This document shows, one piece after another, positions 25,393 to 37,545 of a stretch of 64,000 bases of DNA (its first letter is position 1; every line of letters starts with the position of its first letter). The notes beneath the pieces were generated by a model. It saw nothing but the letters and a program-made list of their open reading frames with translations. It was not told the DNA's origin and did no database searches. Source of the stretch: Hemiscyllium ocellatum (taxonomy: Eukaryota); NCBI RefSeq assembly GCF_020745735.1, contig NC_083446.1, forward strand, positions 13,618,068-13,682,067. The letters are read 5' to 3'. The position numbers were made by a program, and so were the translations under genes.

Positions 25393-26017
25393 AAAAGCTT
25401 GGAGATGTTTCTGTATATGCTTCTTCCCAGTACTGTTGTTAGAACATTGTTAACTGGCTTGCTTTATCTATTTTTAGATATGAGAACATAACATTAGGTT
25501 GTGTGTGAATGAAACACGTAAAATTGTTACACACTTAAGGCCTATAAAATACGCTGCCTTTCTGGTAGAAATCAGAGATTAGTTTTTAGCATATTCAGGG
25601 TGATCTCTGATTGATGCCCTGGATTTTTGTCTATTGCTCTCTTGCTGGCTTAATTACAATAAAAGGCAAGTACTATATTGCAACCTACGAGTGGTCCGAG
25701 AACTTTTCAATCTACACCTCCACCCCACTACTGCAGCTGTTGAAAGGCCCATCAATGAATGAATTAACCACCAGTATCTTCTCAGGGACACAATGTGGTT
25801 CACTACAAACAGAAAGGATATTTACCTAATAAAAGCATTAAACTCATTTGTAATTTAAAAAAAACTCTAAGTGAACTTGTAAAGATAAATATTTACCATT
25901 ATTACTATTTATCACACTGACTTACTCAGCTTCAGTTCTCAATCAGCAGGAAGGCTGACTGAATTTGCTACTCCCTTGTTCCTCCAGCTTTTTAGATATT
26001 CTTCCTATGGGTTCCCA

Positions 26018-26058
<41 letters not shown>

Positions 26059-26059
26059 G
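26018..26059. repeat. (GACA)n microsatellite
   Basis: About 10 perfect units. Confidence 0.95.
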
Positions 26060-26060
26060 T

Positions 26061-26245
26061 CAGTCTCCATTCACCAACAGGACCCTATGAGAGGGAGGAA
26101 ATTCAGGATAGTCATTGCTCACTCACCAACCTGACTCAGTCACAAGGCGTTCAGGACAGACCATTCTCATTCAACCAAGTCACCCTGTCATAGGAGTACC
26201 AATTCCTACTCACTGACATGATCCAGTCACAGGGAGTTCAAAGCA
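26061..26245. repeat. Degenerate minisatellite of about 48 bp
   Basis: About 4 units resembling TCACTGACATGACCCTGTCACAGGGAGTTCAGGACAG; resumes at 30421-30535. Confidence 0.7.
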
Positions 26246-26249
26246 GATT

Positions 26250-28465
26250 TACAGCCAAAGAGATCTACAGCACAGAAAAAGGCTTTTGGGGCCATTGTTT
26301 TTGATTGGCACAGGCTCAATCACCTAATCTATTTTCCAGCAACCCATAGCCTTGTATGCCGTCACAGTTTTACACCTAAATGCTTCTTAAATGTACTGAG
26401 GGTTTCTGCTTCCACTATCCTTACAGGCAATGAACTGCAGATTTCCACTACTCTCTGGTTAAAAAAAAAAGGTTTTTTCCTCCTAAACCTTCTGACCTTT
26501 ACCTTAAAACAATGCCCCAGTCCTTGATCCCTCTATTAAGGGGGAGAAAAGCTGCTTCCTGTTTACGCCCCTCAATTTTATACATTGCAATCATTTCCCC
26601 ATCAGTCTCTTCTGCTCCAATCAACTCTGTCCAATCTCTCTTCATAGTTAAAACTCTCCAGCCCAGACAACATTTTGGTAAATCTTATGTATGCCCTCTC
26701 AAGTACAATTATAGCCCTCATACAATGTGGATTCCAGAACTGGTTGCAATACTCTACATGTGGCTGAACCAACTTTTAATACAGTTCCAGCATAACCTCC
26801 CCCACTCCTAAATGCTATGCCTTGGCTAATAAAAGCAAGTGTCCTATGGGCCTTCTTAATAATTTTATCTAACTGTCCTGATAGCTTAAGGGATCAGCCA
26901 AAGTCCCACTGAACCTCAGTGCCCCCTGGGCTCCTATCATTCAATATATATTCGCTTGCCTTATTTGTCCTGCCTGGACTTATCGTGATTGAATTCTAGT
27001 TGCTACTGATCAGCCTGTCTCTATCCTTGTGTAATTAAAGCTTTCCTCCCCATTATTCAGAACAGTTCTTGTACAATCTGCAAATCTTCTGATCAACCCT
27101 CATAAACAATTTAGCCTTGAGTATGTGTAAACCATAAATTTACAATGAAACTTTCAGAGCCCAATCAGCACAGGCTTCCAGTCACAAAAACACCCTCATC
27201 GATTGGTCCTCTGCTTCTTGCCACTTGGCCAATTCTGGAATGAAATTGCCAAATTTCCTTGGATCCCATGGGCTCTTGTCTTTGTTACCAGTCTCTCATA
27301 CAGAACTTTATCAAAAGCTTTGCAAAAAGTTTAGGTAGACTACATCAAATGCAGTGCCCTCATCTACAGCACCCGGTCACCTCTTTGAAACTTTCAATCA
27401 AGTTGGTCTAACCCTAACCTTCCTTTCATAAAACCATGTTTTTGCCTCTTCAAGTGCAGATTCTGTCCCTCAGACCTGGTTCCAATAGCTTCCCCACTAT
27501 AGAGGTTAGAGTCGAGAGTGTGGTGCTGGAAAAGCAAAGCAGATCAAGCAGCATCCGAGAAGCAGCAGAATTGACGTTTCAGGCATAAGCCCTTCATCAG
27601 GATGCTGCCTGACCTGCTGTGGTTTTCCAGCACTACACTCGTGACTCTGAACTCCAGCATCTGCAGTCCTCACTTTCTCCACTACTGAGATTAGGCTAAC
27701 TAGCCTGTAGTTTCTTGGTACATCCCTTGTGCCCTTCTTGAATAATGATACATTAGCTGTCCTCTAATGCTCTGGCACCTCTCCTGTAGCTTGAGGAGAA
27801 AATGAATTTTTTTTTGCACATGCCCACCTCACTCAACAGCCTGGCTACATTTCACCCAGCCCGGCAGATTTATCTACCTTTAAGCCTGCTAGGCCACTCA
27901 GTACTTGTTTATGCTAGTTTATTTAAATATATAAGTCCTATTCTCTGATTTCTGTATCCACATTGTTCCTCTCACTAATGAACACTAACAGAAAGTATTG
28001 ATCTAGAACACTTCATACGTCCTCTGGCTGCATGCATAAATTACCCCACAGTGGGCCCTACTCTTTCCCTAGTTATCCTTTTACCTTTAAATGTTCTTGT
28101 AAAATAACTTAGGACATTAATTTAACCCACCATTGTCCTCTCATACCACGCTCCTAATTTCCTTTTTAAATTTTCCCTTTCACATTCTATACTCTGCTGG
28201 TGTTTTAAGCCCTCAGTATCCGCCATAAGCCTCCCTCTTCCTGCGGATCAAATTTATTGGTCTGACCCTTTGTCTTTTTTAAAAGATGTTGGCCTCATCC
28301 TCCTCCCCATTTCCTTCTTGAATATGTCCCACTGCTCTGATACAGATTTCCCTGACAGAGTCTTCTTTTAGTCCACTCTGGCCAAATTATACCTGGTTTT
28401 ATTGAAAGTGGCCTACCCTCAATTGAGAACAATGATTTCAGGCAATTCTGGTTCTTTCCCATTGC
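26250..28465 (-). mobile_element. Eroded CR1 LINE
   Basis: 3' tail at 26250-26300, RT-region similarity at 27240-27440. Confidence 0.7.
27510..27680. mobile_element. PLE pLTR hairpin with hammerhead motif (27568-27603, minus)
   Basis: Inverted arms; diverged direct repeats CCACTATAGAGGTTAG / CCACTACTGAGATTAG. Confidence 0.85.
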
Positions 28466-28470
28466 AATTT

Positions 28471-28748
28471 TAGATTAGATTAGATTCCCTACAGTGTGGA
28501 AACAGGCCCTTCGGCCCAACAAGTCCACACCGACCCTCCGAAGAGTAACCCACCCAGACCCAATTCCCTCTGACTAATGCAGATAACACTATGGGAAATT
28601 TAGCATGGCCAAATCATCATTTGGGCGTGGGAGGAAACCGGAGCACCCGGAGGAAACCCACGCAGACACAGGGAGAATATGCAAACTCCACACAGACAGT
28701 CTGGTGCTGTGAGGTATCAGTGCTAACCACTGAGCCACCGTGCCATCC
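28471..28748 (-). mobile_element. HE1-type SINE with internal deletions
   Basis: V-domain and tail. Confidence 0.9.
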
Positions 28749-29082
28749 ACGTAACAGAATTATGATCACTGTCTGCAAGATGTTCCCCCATTGATACTTC
28801 AACTACTTTTCCAGCTTCGTTATCGTAAATTAAGTCCAGGACCATAGGTTCTGGCCTCATAGTCTGCTAAGTACTGGCCTAAGAAGCTCTCCTAGATGCA
28901 TTTGAAGAATTCTGCTCCCTCCAAACTTTTCACACAATGACCATCCCAGTTTATGTTGGGTGGGGGGTGGGGGGGGGAAAGAGAGGAGAAGGTGAAATCC
29001 CTAACACTACTCGATTACTTTTACACCTCTCTGAATTTACCTAAATATCTGATCTTCTACTTCAGACTCAGGAGGCTCTCTA

Positions 29083-29174
29083 GTCGACAGCGTGGGGTGC
29101 TGGAAAAGCATAGCAGGTCAGGTAGCATCCAAGGAACAGGGGAATTGATGTTTCGGGCACTAGCCCTTCATCAG
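29083..29174 (-). mobile_element. Short PLE pLTR fragment with hammerhead motif
   Basis: Reverse complement CTGATGAAGGGCTAGTGCCCGAAACATC. Confidence 0.8.
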
Positions 29175-29179
29175 AGGAC

Positions 29180-30375
29180 CTATAGTACACATGCATTTGG
29201 GAAAAAGAATCTTTACTTTCATTTGGAAAACAATGGACTTATTAGGGATACTAGCAAGACTTTGTTTTGTCCTGTCATAAATTTGATTGAGGTTTTTGAA
29301 AAGGTGACAAAAATAATTGATGAGAGTAGGGCAGTAGATGTTGTCTACATAAAAAGCTTCTAAAAGATGTGACAAAATCTCTAATGGCAGGCTGACCAAG
29401 GATGCTGCCTGAACTGCTGTGCTCTTCCAGCACCACTGATTCAGAACAAGGAAATCAAGTCACATGGGATCCACGGTGAGTTGGTAAGTTTGATACAAAA
29501 TTGGCTTGGTCATAGAAGACAGTGGGTAGTTGCGACAATATGAAAATTGGTGAAACTATAAACAGTGGGGAAGGTTGTCGAAGGATACAGCAGGATAAAT
29601 ATCAGTTAGAAAGTGGGGCACTGAAATGGCAGATAGGCTTAACCCCGATAAGTGTGAGCTGATGCATTTTGAAAGGTCATATGCAAAAGAAAAATATACA
29701 GTAAAAGGCAAGACCTTTAGGAGCATTGACTTACAGAGGAATCTCAGGGTGCAAGTCCACAGCTCCCTAATCAGCACAAGTGGGTAAAGTGGTAGAGGAG
29801 GAGTGTGGCATGCAGTATAAAAGTTGGCAAGTCATGGTGCAACTGTACGAGACTTTAGATAGGCCACATTTGGAGTATTGTGTGCAGTTCTGGTAGCCAC
29901 GTTACAGGAAGGATGTGAAGGTATTAAAGAAAATGCAAAAGAAGTTTATCAGGATGTTGCCTGGATTGGAATGCATTAACGATAAGGAGGGGTTGGGCAA
30001 ACTTAGATTGTTTGTGCTTAAGCAATGCTAATAAAAGTATGAGGGGTAAGGATAGGGTGGATAGTTGGGAGTCTTTTTCCTGAGATGAAAACAACAAATA
30101 TTAAGCTTAAGGTTACTGAGAAAGTTTAATGGAGATGTGCAAGGCAATTTCTTTTCTTTAAATACATAGATAGTGGGAGGTGCCTAGAACACACTGGCAG
30201 TGGTAGAAGCAAATATGATAGCAATGTTTTAGAAGCATTTAGATAGACACATGAAAAGGTGGGGAATAGAAGGATTCATGCAGTGTGCAGGCAGATGGAC
30301 TTCATTAAGAACAGCATTCTGGTCGGTGCAGACATGGTGGCCCGAAGGTTCTCTTTTGCGCTGTACTGTTTTATG
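29180..30375 (+). mobile_element. CR1 LINE fragment (46-bp PLE piece nested at 29400-29446)
   Basis: NLIEVFEKVTKIIDESRAVDVVY RT motif, 3' tail. Confidence 0.85.
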
Positions 30376-30629
30376 TTCTCCCAGCAATTTGAATTGCTCC
30401 TTTGTGATTTTTAATTTGTACAATCCCTGAATCCCAACATGACCCTGTCACAATTAGCTCAGCACAAGTTAATCCCCAGTCACTGACACGATCCTGTCGT
30501 GTGGAGTTCAGGACGGTCAATCCCTACTTGCCAAAATGATTTCAGGGCCTCAAAAGGAATTTAAGAAACTCAGATGTGGTATCCACGTTGGGGAGAACAA
30601 AGGGGACAAAGGATATGCCAGAGGCAGAC

Positions 30630-31130
30630 GGTCAGGTCACTGAAGCAGTAATCGAGAGGCCTAGGCTAGTGCTCTGGGTGGGAGCAAAAGCAGAAATGGC
30701 TTGAGAAACTCAACATGTCTGGCCGCATCTGTGGAGAGGACGCAGAGTTAATGCTTCGAGTCTAGTGACCCATCTTCAGAACTGTTTCAGATTTCCAGCA
30801 TCTGCATGTTCTTTGTTTTATTTTAATGCTCTGGGGGCGGGGGGAGGGAGGCGCGCAGGTTCATGGTGGAATTTGAATTTAAAACCAAATAATAAATCCG
30901 GATTATAAAGCTGGTCTTAATAATGATAAATGGAGCTACCATCAAGGTCTTGAAAAAATCTGCTTTATTGACACCTCCTTAGGTTGAAAATCTGCGTTCC
31001 TTACCTGGTCCGGCCTATATGATAATGCAGATCCACAGCAGCGTTGTCGAGAGGTTAACTGCTCTGAGAAATGGTCTGGACAGAGTCACTCAGTCGAAGG
31101 GCAATGAGAGCTGGGCAACAATGTGAATGG
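30630..31130 (+). mobile_element. Second SINE family copy interrupted by a PLE-type hairpin (30680-30820)
   Basis: CCTTACCTGGTCCGGCCTA core, tail; hammerhead-like motif on minus strand at 30745-30782. Confidence 0.65.
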
Positions 31131-31139
31131 CCTTCCCTA

Positions 31140-31380
31140 GTCCTCAATGCAGCGCCCCTTTCACCCTCAGCACCGCTTCCACTGAGCCCGAGCCATAACA
31201 AAGGAACCCCCACAATGCCCCGCGCCTGGCAAAAGGCAAGCATGCGCACTTCCCACCCCTGGGGAAATGAGCTCGGGCGGTTTCTGCGTCGCGGAGAATT
31301 GTGGGAATTCTGGCCGCCATTGGCTTTAATTTGCATGGTTAGGGCCGGCCAACCATTAACTGAACAGAAGCCGCACATCT
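31140..31380. promoter_or_regulatory. CpG-rich promoter island, candidate promoter of ZNF-C
   Basis: Staf/ZNF143 motifs at 31207-31224 (+) and 31290-31307 (-), GCATGCGCA, GCCGCCATTGG, octamer ATTTGCAT 31329-31336. Confidence 0.7.
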
Positions 31381-31500
31381 AAAAGCACTTGAATAAAAGC
31401 AAAATACTGCCGATGCTGTGAATCTGAAACAAATGCTTGGAGCAACTGAGCAGGTCTGCTTTCATCAGCGGGGAGATAAACAAATAGTTAACGTTTCTAG

Positions 31501-31615
31501 GAGAAAGTGAGGACTGCAGATGCTGGAGATCAGAGCTACTGGAAAAGCGCAGCAGGTCAGGCAGCATCCAAGGAGCAGGAGAATCGATGTTTCGGGCATG
31601 AGCCCTTCTTCGGGA
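31501..31615 (-). mobile_element. Solo PLE pLTR with hammerhead motif
   Basis: 15-bp TSD AGTTAACGTTTCTAG at 31486-31500 and 31616-31630. Confidence 0.9.
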
Positions 31616-32007
31616 AGTTAACGTTTCTAGTCCGGTATGACTGTTTCTCAAAACAGAAGTATTTTAAAAAATACTCTTCCCATTAAAGTTAGCTTTCTTT
31701 CTGCACTTGGATTCGACGCGTACTTAAAGCACAAGAAAGGTCCAGAACCACATACAAAATAAAATGGCTGTCTGCGAGTATCAAAGAGAATTGACTACCG
31801 CTTTACTGCAGCAAAAAAAAATGTTTGTAGTATGTCAATAAGATGAAGTATTTCGTCTGGTTTCGGATAGAAAGCCAATTCCTTTTGTCACTGTTCAATC
31901 AGCATTATCCTTAATAGTTTACGAAAAATCTATCTATCCGTTGTCTGCACAAAATTGCAAATTATTTCAACATAATTTTACTCTTCATTCACTTCTAGAA
32001 TATGTGC

Positions 32008-32356
32008 AATCATGAGAGGCATGGATAGGATAAATAGACAAAGTCTTTTCGCTGGGGTGGGGGGAGTCCAGAACTAGAGGGAATAGGTTTAGGGTAAGAG
32101 GGGAAAGATATAAAAGAGACTCAAGGGGAAGTTTTATCACTCAGAGGGTGGTACATGTATGGAATGAGCTGCCAGAGGAAGTGGTGGAGGCTGGTACAAT
32201 TGCAACATTTAAAAAGCATTTGGATGAGTATATGAATAGGAAGGGTTTGGAGGGATATGGGCCGGATGTTGGCAGGTGGGGCTAGGTTAGGTTGGGATAT
32301 CTGGTCAGCATGGATGAATTGGACCGAAGGGTCTGTTATTTCCGTGCTGTACATCT
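32008..32356 (+). mobile_element. CR1 3' end fragment
   Basis: High similarity to 14970-15295. Confidence 0.9.
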
Positions 32357-32414
32357 CATTCAGGAAGCAGAGAAATTCTGCACCTCTATAGTTACTTTCC
32401 TTATTGAAATGATT

Positions 32415-32567
32415 TGGAGATGCCAGTATTGGACTGGGCGATACAAAGTTAAAAATCACAACACCATGTTAGAGTCCAAAAGGTTTATTTGGAAGCACTA
32501 GCTTTCGGAGTCACAAGCACCTGATGAAGGAGAAATGCTCCGAAAACTAGTACTTCCAAATAAACCC
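32415..32567. mobile_element. PLE terminus hairpin, GGAG/CTCC stem hammerhead type
   Basis: Inverted arms GGTTTATTTGGAAGCACTAGCTTTCGGAG / CTCCGAAAACTAGTACTTCCAAATAAACC; CTGATGA at 32521; related copy 61135-61255. Confidence 0.7.
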
Positions 32568-32699
32568 AAATGGCCTGTTTCTACACTGTAGGGATTTATT
32601 AAAAATCAGTATCATTGTTTTCTTGATGGTTTTAAAGTTATTTTCTTCATAAAGTATGTATTATCTAAGGAATGTTTTGGGGATCTACAGTCTTTATTC

Positions 32700-33250
32700 C
32701 AGCCAGTGTCGTCTTTGCCATGCTGCTATTTACTTTCACTCCAGTTGACTACATCATACAAGCATCTCTCACCACTGTCCTTGTTTCAGCTCTTTCTGAC
32801 AGTTCCACCCCACCCTCACGTCTTTCCAAAAAGTCAAATGTCCCTGAATGTTACATTTCCCGTTCTGATTTCCCTGTAACCATGTCTGTGATATGGCTAC
32901 AGGATCATATCCATTTACCTCCATTTGCACAGTCAGTCCATCTACCTTATTCTGAATGCTTTGTACATCGAGAGGACAAAGCTTTTGGGCTCTCTTTCTT
33001 TTGAATGAAGCTAACTTTTCAGGTTGCTTCTCACCCTTGATTACCCTGTCTACCATTTTTGCATTTTACTGTACTGTTCTTTCTCCTCTTTCCATTGTTT
33101 CTGTTTCCTGTGTCATGCCCCTGAGGTTGCCCCCTTGCCATTTTACTTCAAACCTGCCCCAAACCACACTAGCTATTACTTGCCCTGGGTCATCAGTCCT
33201 GGCCCTGCCCAGGTGTAACATGCCCAGTTTGTATCAGTTCCATCTCTCCC
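32700..33250 (-). mobile_element. CR1 ORF2 N-terminal (APE endonuclease) fragment
   Basis: SIQNKVDGL...YDPVAISQTWLQG. Confidence 0.75.
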
Positions 33251-33251
33251 C

Positions 33252-33915
33252 ATCATCAACAAATTTATTCAATGGGTAGAAGTGTTTCCCACCTGACATT
33301 TTTCAGCTGCAACCGTTGCTTGAATAATGCTGGTGGAGGTGATTCCCCAATAGGGAATACCATTACAGATACATTCAGATGAAGGAAGTTTGTAAATACC
33401 TAGCAATATAACAAACATTCCACTTGAGGTATCATCCACAGAGTTCAGACATTGAAAAAGATTTCAGTTAAAGCCATTCAGGACACCGGAAGAGGGTGGT
33501 CAGATCTACTACCCAGTATCCTGACGAGACTCTGAGCATCACTGAGCGGGATGACTCCATACAAGTTAAATGACAAAAGCAGCTATGAGACTGCGAGGGG
33601 ATGTTGCAGCAGTGTGTGAGCAGTTAGGACCAGTGATAGAGAGAGTGAAACAGGAGAATTGTACAAATAATTGCATAAGTTAGGGCAGGAGGTCAGAGGC
33701 TAGCAAACTGTACACAATATGGAAGGGAGTTACTGTGACCAAGCAAGCTGGGGCACTGCGATTTGAAGAGAAGGTAATGGTTAAATAGCACCTGACAAAC
33801 CTGGACTCACACCGAAATGTGTTTGAGATTATTATACCCAGTGACAGTTGCACCTGTGTGAATCGAAAAGGTAGAAGGTGCTGGAAGCTCAAGTCACAGC
33901 TGAAGCATTTACAAT
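33252..33915 (+). mobile_element. Degenerate endogenous-retrovirus-like integrase
   Basis: Manual translation: IINKFIQWVEVFP, EVIPQ*GIPLQIHSDEG, FHLRYHPQSS, WSDLLPSIL, GMTPY, CWKLKSQLK. Confidence 0.8.
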
Positions 33916-34554
33916 TGATTGAGCTTCGAGACTAAAACTAACTGTTGAGCATCGATTGGGCCACACTCTGTTCTATTTGCAGAATGGCAGGAGTGGGTTT
34001 TAGCCCTTCAGGGACGTCTTGATCCTGGACAGGAGAGCAGTGATCAGTACTGGAATACAAGAGGGACTTGGTTACATCTCAACAAAGGCAGAATGCAGCA
34101 CATCGCAGGAAAGGCTGAACACAGCAATATGAGAACAAATTGGGAAGAAGAGTCTGAACTGGTTTGTGAAAAGAACAGGAATGTTTACAGGGCATACTGA
34201 TGGTTGTGAATTCCACTCGTCTGAATATTGGATGGGACATTTGTGTCCACCTCTTTGTTAACAAGGGTACAGCAATGAAAGGTGCAGGTGGGAAATCCAC
34301 CCGAAGGAAACAAATTGTCCCGACAACCTCATCTCCTTCCACAATGCCACAACCGAGCCCCTACCCAACAGTTAAGAGTTTCAACACCAGTGCCAACTGA
34401 CCTATTTTGTCCAAGCAAAACTCCTGGACCAGCAACGATCTGACATTAATTAATGAAATAAAATAGGATGAAAATTTAGACCCATTGCCCTAATCATTCC
34501 TGATATTAGCCTGTACTAGTGGTTCATCTCACACCACAGATATATACATGATCT

Positions 34555-34643
34555 TGCCTGAAACATAGATTTTACTGCTCCTCGGATGCTGTCTGACCTG
34601 CTGTGCTTTTCCAGCACCACACCCTTGACTCTAATCTCCAGTA
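34555..34643 (+). mobile_element. PLE pLTR fragment
   Basis: GGATGCTG.CTGACCTGCTGTGCTTTTCCAGCA..CCTCACTTTC. Confidence 0.8.
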
Positions 34644-35422
34644 TCTGCAGTCCTCACTTTCACCCTGATGATTGAAGCAGTTCAAATCAATGTGGCAGTG
34701 GTGTCTCATCCAGTGACTGCATTCTCAGCTTCCCTGGGAAAGTTAGATCCAAACGCAGTTTGATGACTGGCATTGCCATTGCTTTTAATTCAGTTGCATC
34801 CATAGTTAACCCTATAAATTGTGCAACCGTGGACCAGAAGGTCTAATCCTGAGCTCCTGCCAGAAGGCAATCCCAACAGAAGAGCAAAGAATTCCAGGCA
34901 AGCAATTAATATAAACAAGGGCCTGACAAAGTTGATCCAAAATTCATCCACTCTACTGTAAAGCCATGCAGGCCCCGTGAATAGATTAAGTAAATTAGGG
35001 AAGAAAACATCTCGGAATGATGGCTGCAGTGCCTATGGCTCGTGCTGCTTAAAGAGACAAGGAAAATCGAAGGCTGATTAATAAGGGGGTGGTTCCCTTG
35101 TGGGTAACAAATTATACAATTTTTCATGACATAAAGACTGTGGATTAACTGGATGCCACCTCATAATGCTAACACATGGACATAATGTTAATGTTGAATG
35201 TTTTATGGATAACTGTTGGTATAATTGGTACTGGATTAGTAATCCCTGTTATACCATCAACACCTGGCAGGGCACTATATACTGTAGAAAATATTGGGAT
35301 AGGTAGAGAGAATTATTACATTAAATATAACATATGCTGTAGAAATAGAAAGTAACATAATCAGTGCAAGGCTAGATGGGTGTAGAATAGAGACCACAAA
35401 AGGAGATGGCATGTCCTATAAA

Positions 35423-35725
35423 AGATTAGATTAGATTACTTACAGTGTGGAAACAGGCCCTTCGGCCCAACAAGTCCACACCGACCCGCCGAAGCGCAAC
35501 CCACCCATACGACTTAACTAACACTACGGGCAATTTAGCATGACCAAGTCACCTGACCCACACATCTTTGGACTGTGGGAGGAAACCGGAGCACCCGGAG
35601 GAAACCCACGCAGACACGGGGAGAACGTGCAAACTCCACACAGTCAGTCGCCTGAGGCGGGAATTGAACCCAGGTCCCTGGCGCTGTGAGGCAGCAGTGC
35701 TAACCACTGTACCACCGTGCTGCCC
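35423..35725 (-). mobile_element. HE1-type SINE
   Basis: Full head, V-domain, tail. Confidence 0.95.
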
Positions 35726-35971
35726 CGATGAAACGGATGAGGCAACTGTGCAAGTGCTTCCTTTCTTTAGTGTAATCAGGATATAAAAAAGGACATTGCT
35801 TTATGCACAGAACCTGCAAATAGGGAAGCCGATGTGTCTCCCAGCAGAGTTCACATGCCGCCAATTATATTACTTACATTTCTGACTTGAACCAGCATCT
35901 GCTCACTGCTGGATTTCCATTGAATTATCAGCATTCAGAAAATTCACATGGAAGGTGTTCCTTCTTTCTTT

Positions 35972-37545
35972 CCATAGAACATAGAACAGTTCAGCACACG
36001 CCCTTCGGCCCTCGATGTTCTGCCGGCCTTTTATCCTTTTAAACTAACCTAAGCACCCATCATTTTACTACCATCCATGTGCTCATCCAAGAGTTGCTTA
36101 AATGTCTCTGTGTATCTGACTCTACTACCACTGTTGGCACTGCATTCCACACAAACACCATGCTCTGTGTAAAGAACCAACCTCTGACATCTCCCCTAAA
36201 CCTTCCTCTGATGACCTTAAAATGATGCCCCCTCGTGGTAGCCATTTCTGCCTGGGAAAAAGTCTCTGGCTATCCACCTTATCTGTGCCTCTCATCATCT
36301 TGTACACCTCTATCAACTCACTTCTCATCCTTTCTCCAATGAGAAACGTCCTACATCCCCTCAACCTTTCTTCATAAGACATGCCCTCCAGTCCAGGTAA
36401 ATCTCCTCTGCACCCTCTCTGAAGCTTCCACATCCTTCCTTTTAATGAGGCGACCAGACCTGAACACAATATTCCAACTGTGGTCTAACCAAGGCTCTAC
36501 AGAGCTGTAGCATAACCTCATGGCTTTTAAACTCAATCCCCCTGCTAACAAAAAGCCAACACAGTATATGCCTCCTTAACAACCCTGGCAACATTAAGGG
36601 ATCTATGGATGTGGACCCCAAGATCCCTCTGTTCCTCCACACTACCCAGAATTCTGCCTTTAACCCTGCATTCGAATTTGACCTTCCAAAATGAATCATG
36701 TCTCACTTTTCCAAGTTGAACTCCATCTGCCACCTATCAGCCTAGCTCTGCATCTTGTCAATGTCTCGTTGCAACTGACAACAGCTCTCCACACTATCCA
36801 CAACTCCAACTTTTGTGCCATCAGCAAACTTACTAACCCACCCTTCCACTTCCTCATCCAAGTCATTCATAAAAATCACAAAGGGCAGAGGTCCCAAAGC
36901 ACATCCCTGTGGAACACCACTGGTCACCGAGGTCCAGGCTGAACACCTTCCATCTGCTACTATCCTCTGTCATCTATGGGTCAGCCAACTCTGTATCCAG
37001 ACAGGCACATTTCCTTGTGTCCCATGCCTCCTTACTCTCTGAATGAGCCGACCATGGGGAACCTTATCAAACACCTTGCTAAAATCCACATACATCACAT
37101 CCACTGCTCTATCTTCATCAATGTTTTGTCACATCCTCAAATAATTCAATAAGCGAGTTTTTTCTTTAAAATCAAGGAAACCTACACACACAAGTAGAAA
37201 GTGGGCCATATCACCAGTGCTTCATCCAGAGGCTCACTGATGATGTTACCTACTATGGTGATGAAACATCTGAAAACTAACCTTCCAGCTCAGCGAGCAA
37301 AACCTACATCCAGAATTCAACAAGGTTCATGAGGCATGACCTGCCCCTCACAAACCATGCCTACTATCTCTAATCAAATTATGCTTTTCAAATCCTGTCT
37401 CTCAGAAGCCTCTCCAATAATTTGCCCACCACCGATGTAAGACTGACTGCTCTAATTTCTAAAGTTGTCCCTATTCCCTTTCTTGAACAAGGGAATAATA
37501 TTTGCCACCATCCAGTCATCTGGCACCACTCCAGTGGACAGTTTT
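35972..37545 (-). mobile_element. CR1 LINE, 5'-truncated
   Basis: SGVPQGCALGPLPF, SKFADGTKVG; (ATAGAAC) tail at left end. Confidence 0.9.
37154..37313 (+). mobile_element. PLE pLTR with hammerhead motif nested in CR1
   Basis: TSD-like AATTCAATAAG (37143-37153) / AATTCAACAAG (37314-37324); CTGATGA..GAAACATC. Confidence 0.8.

Noticed and set aside
26061-26245. Spaced repeats as a possible CRISPR array
   Set aside because: Degenerate tandem units with no unique spacers; vertebrate context, no cas genes
31656-31830. snRNA, Y RNA or vault RNA downstream of the Staf/octamer element
   Set aside because: No recognisable PSE, RNA body or sense-strand T-run terminator
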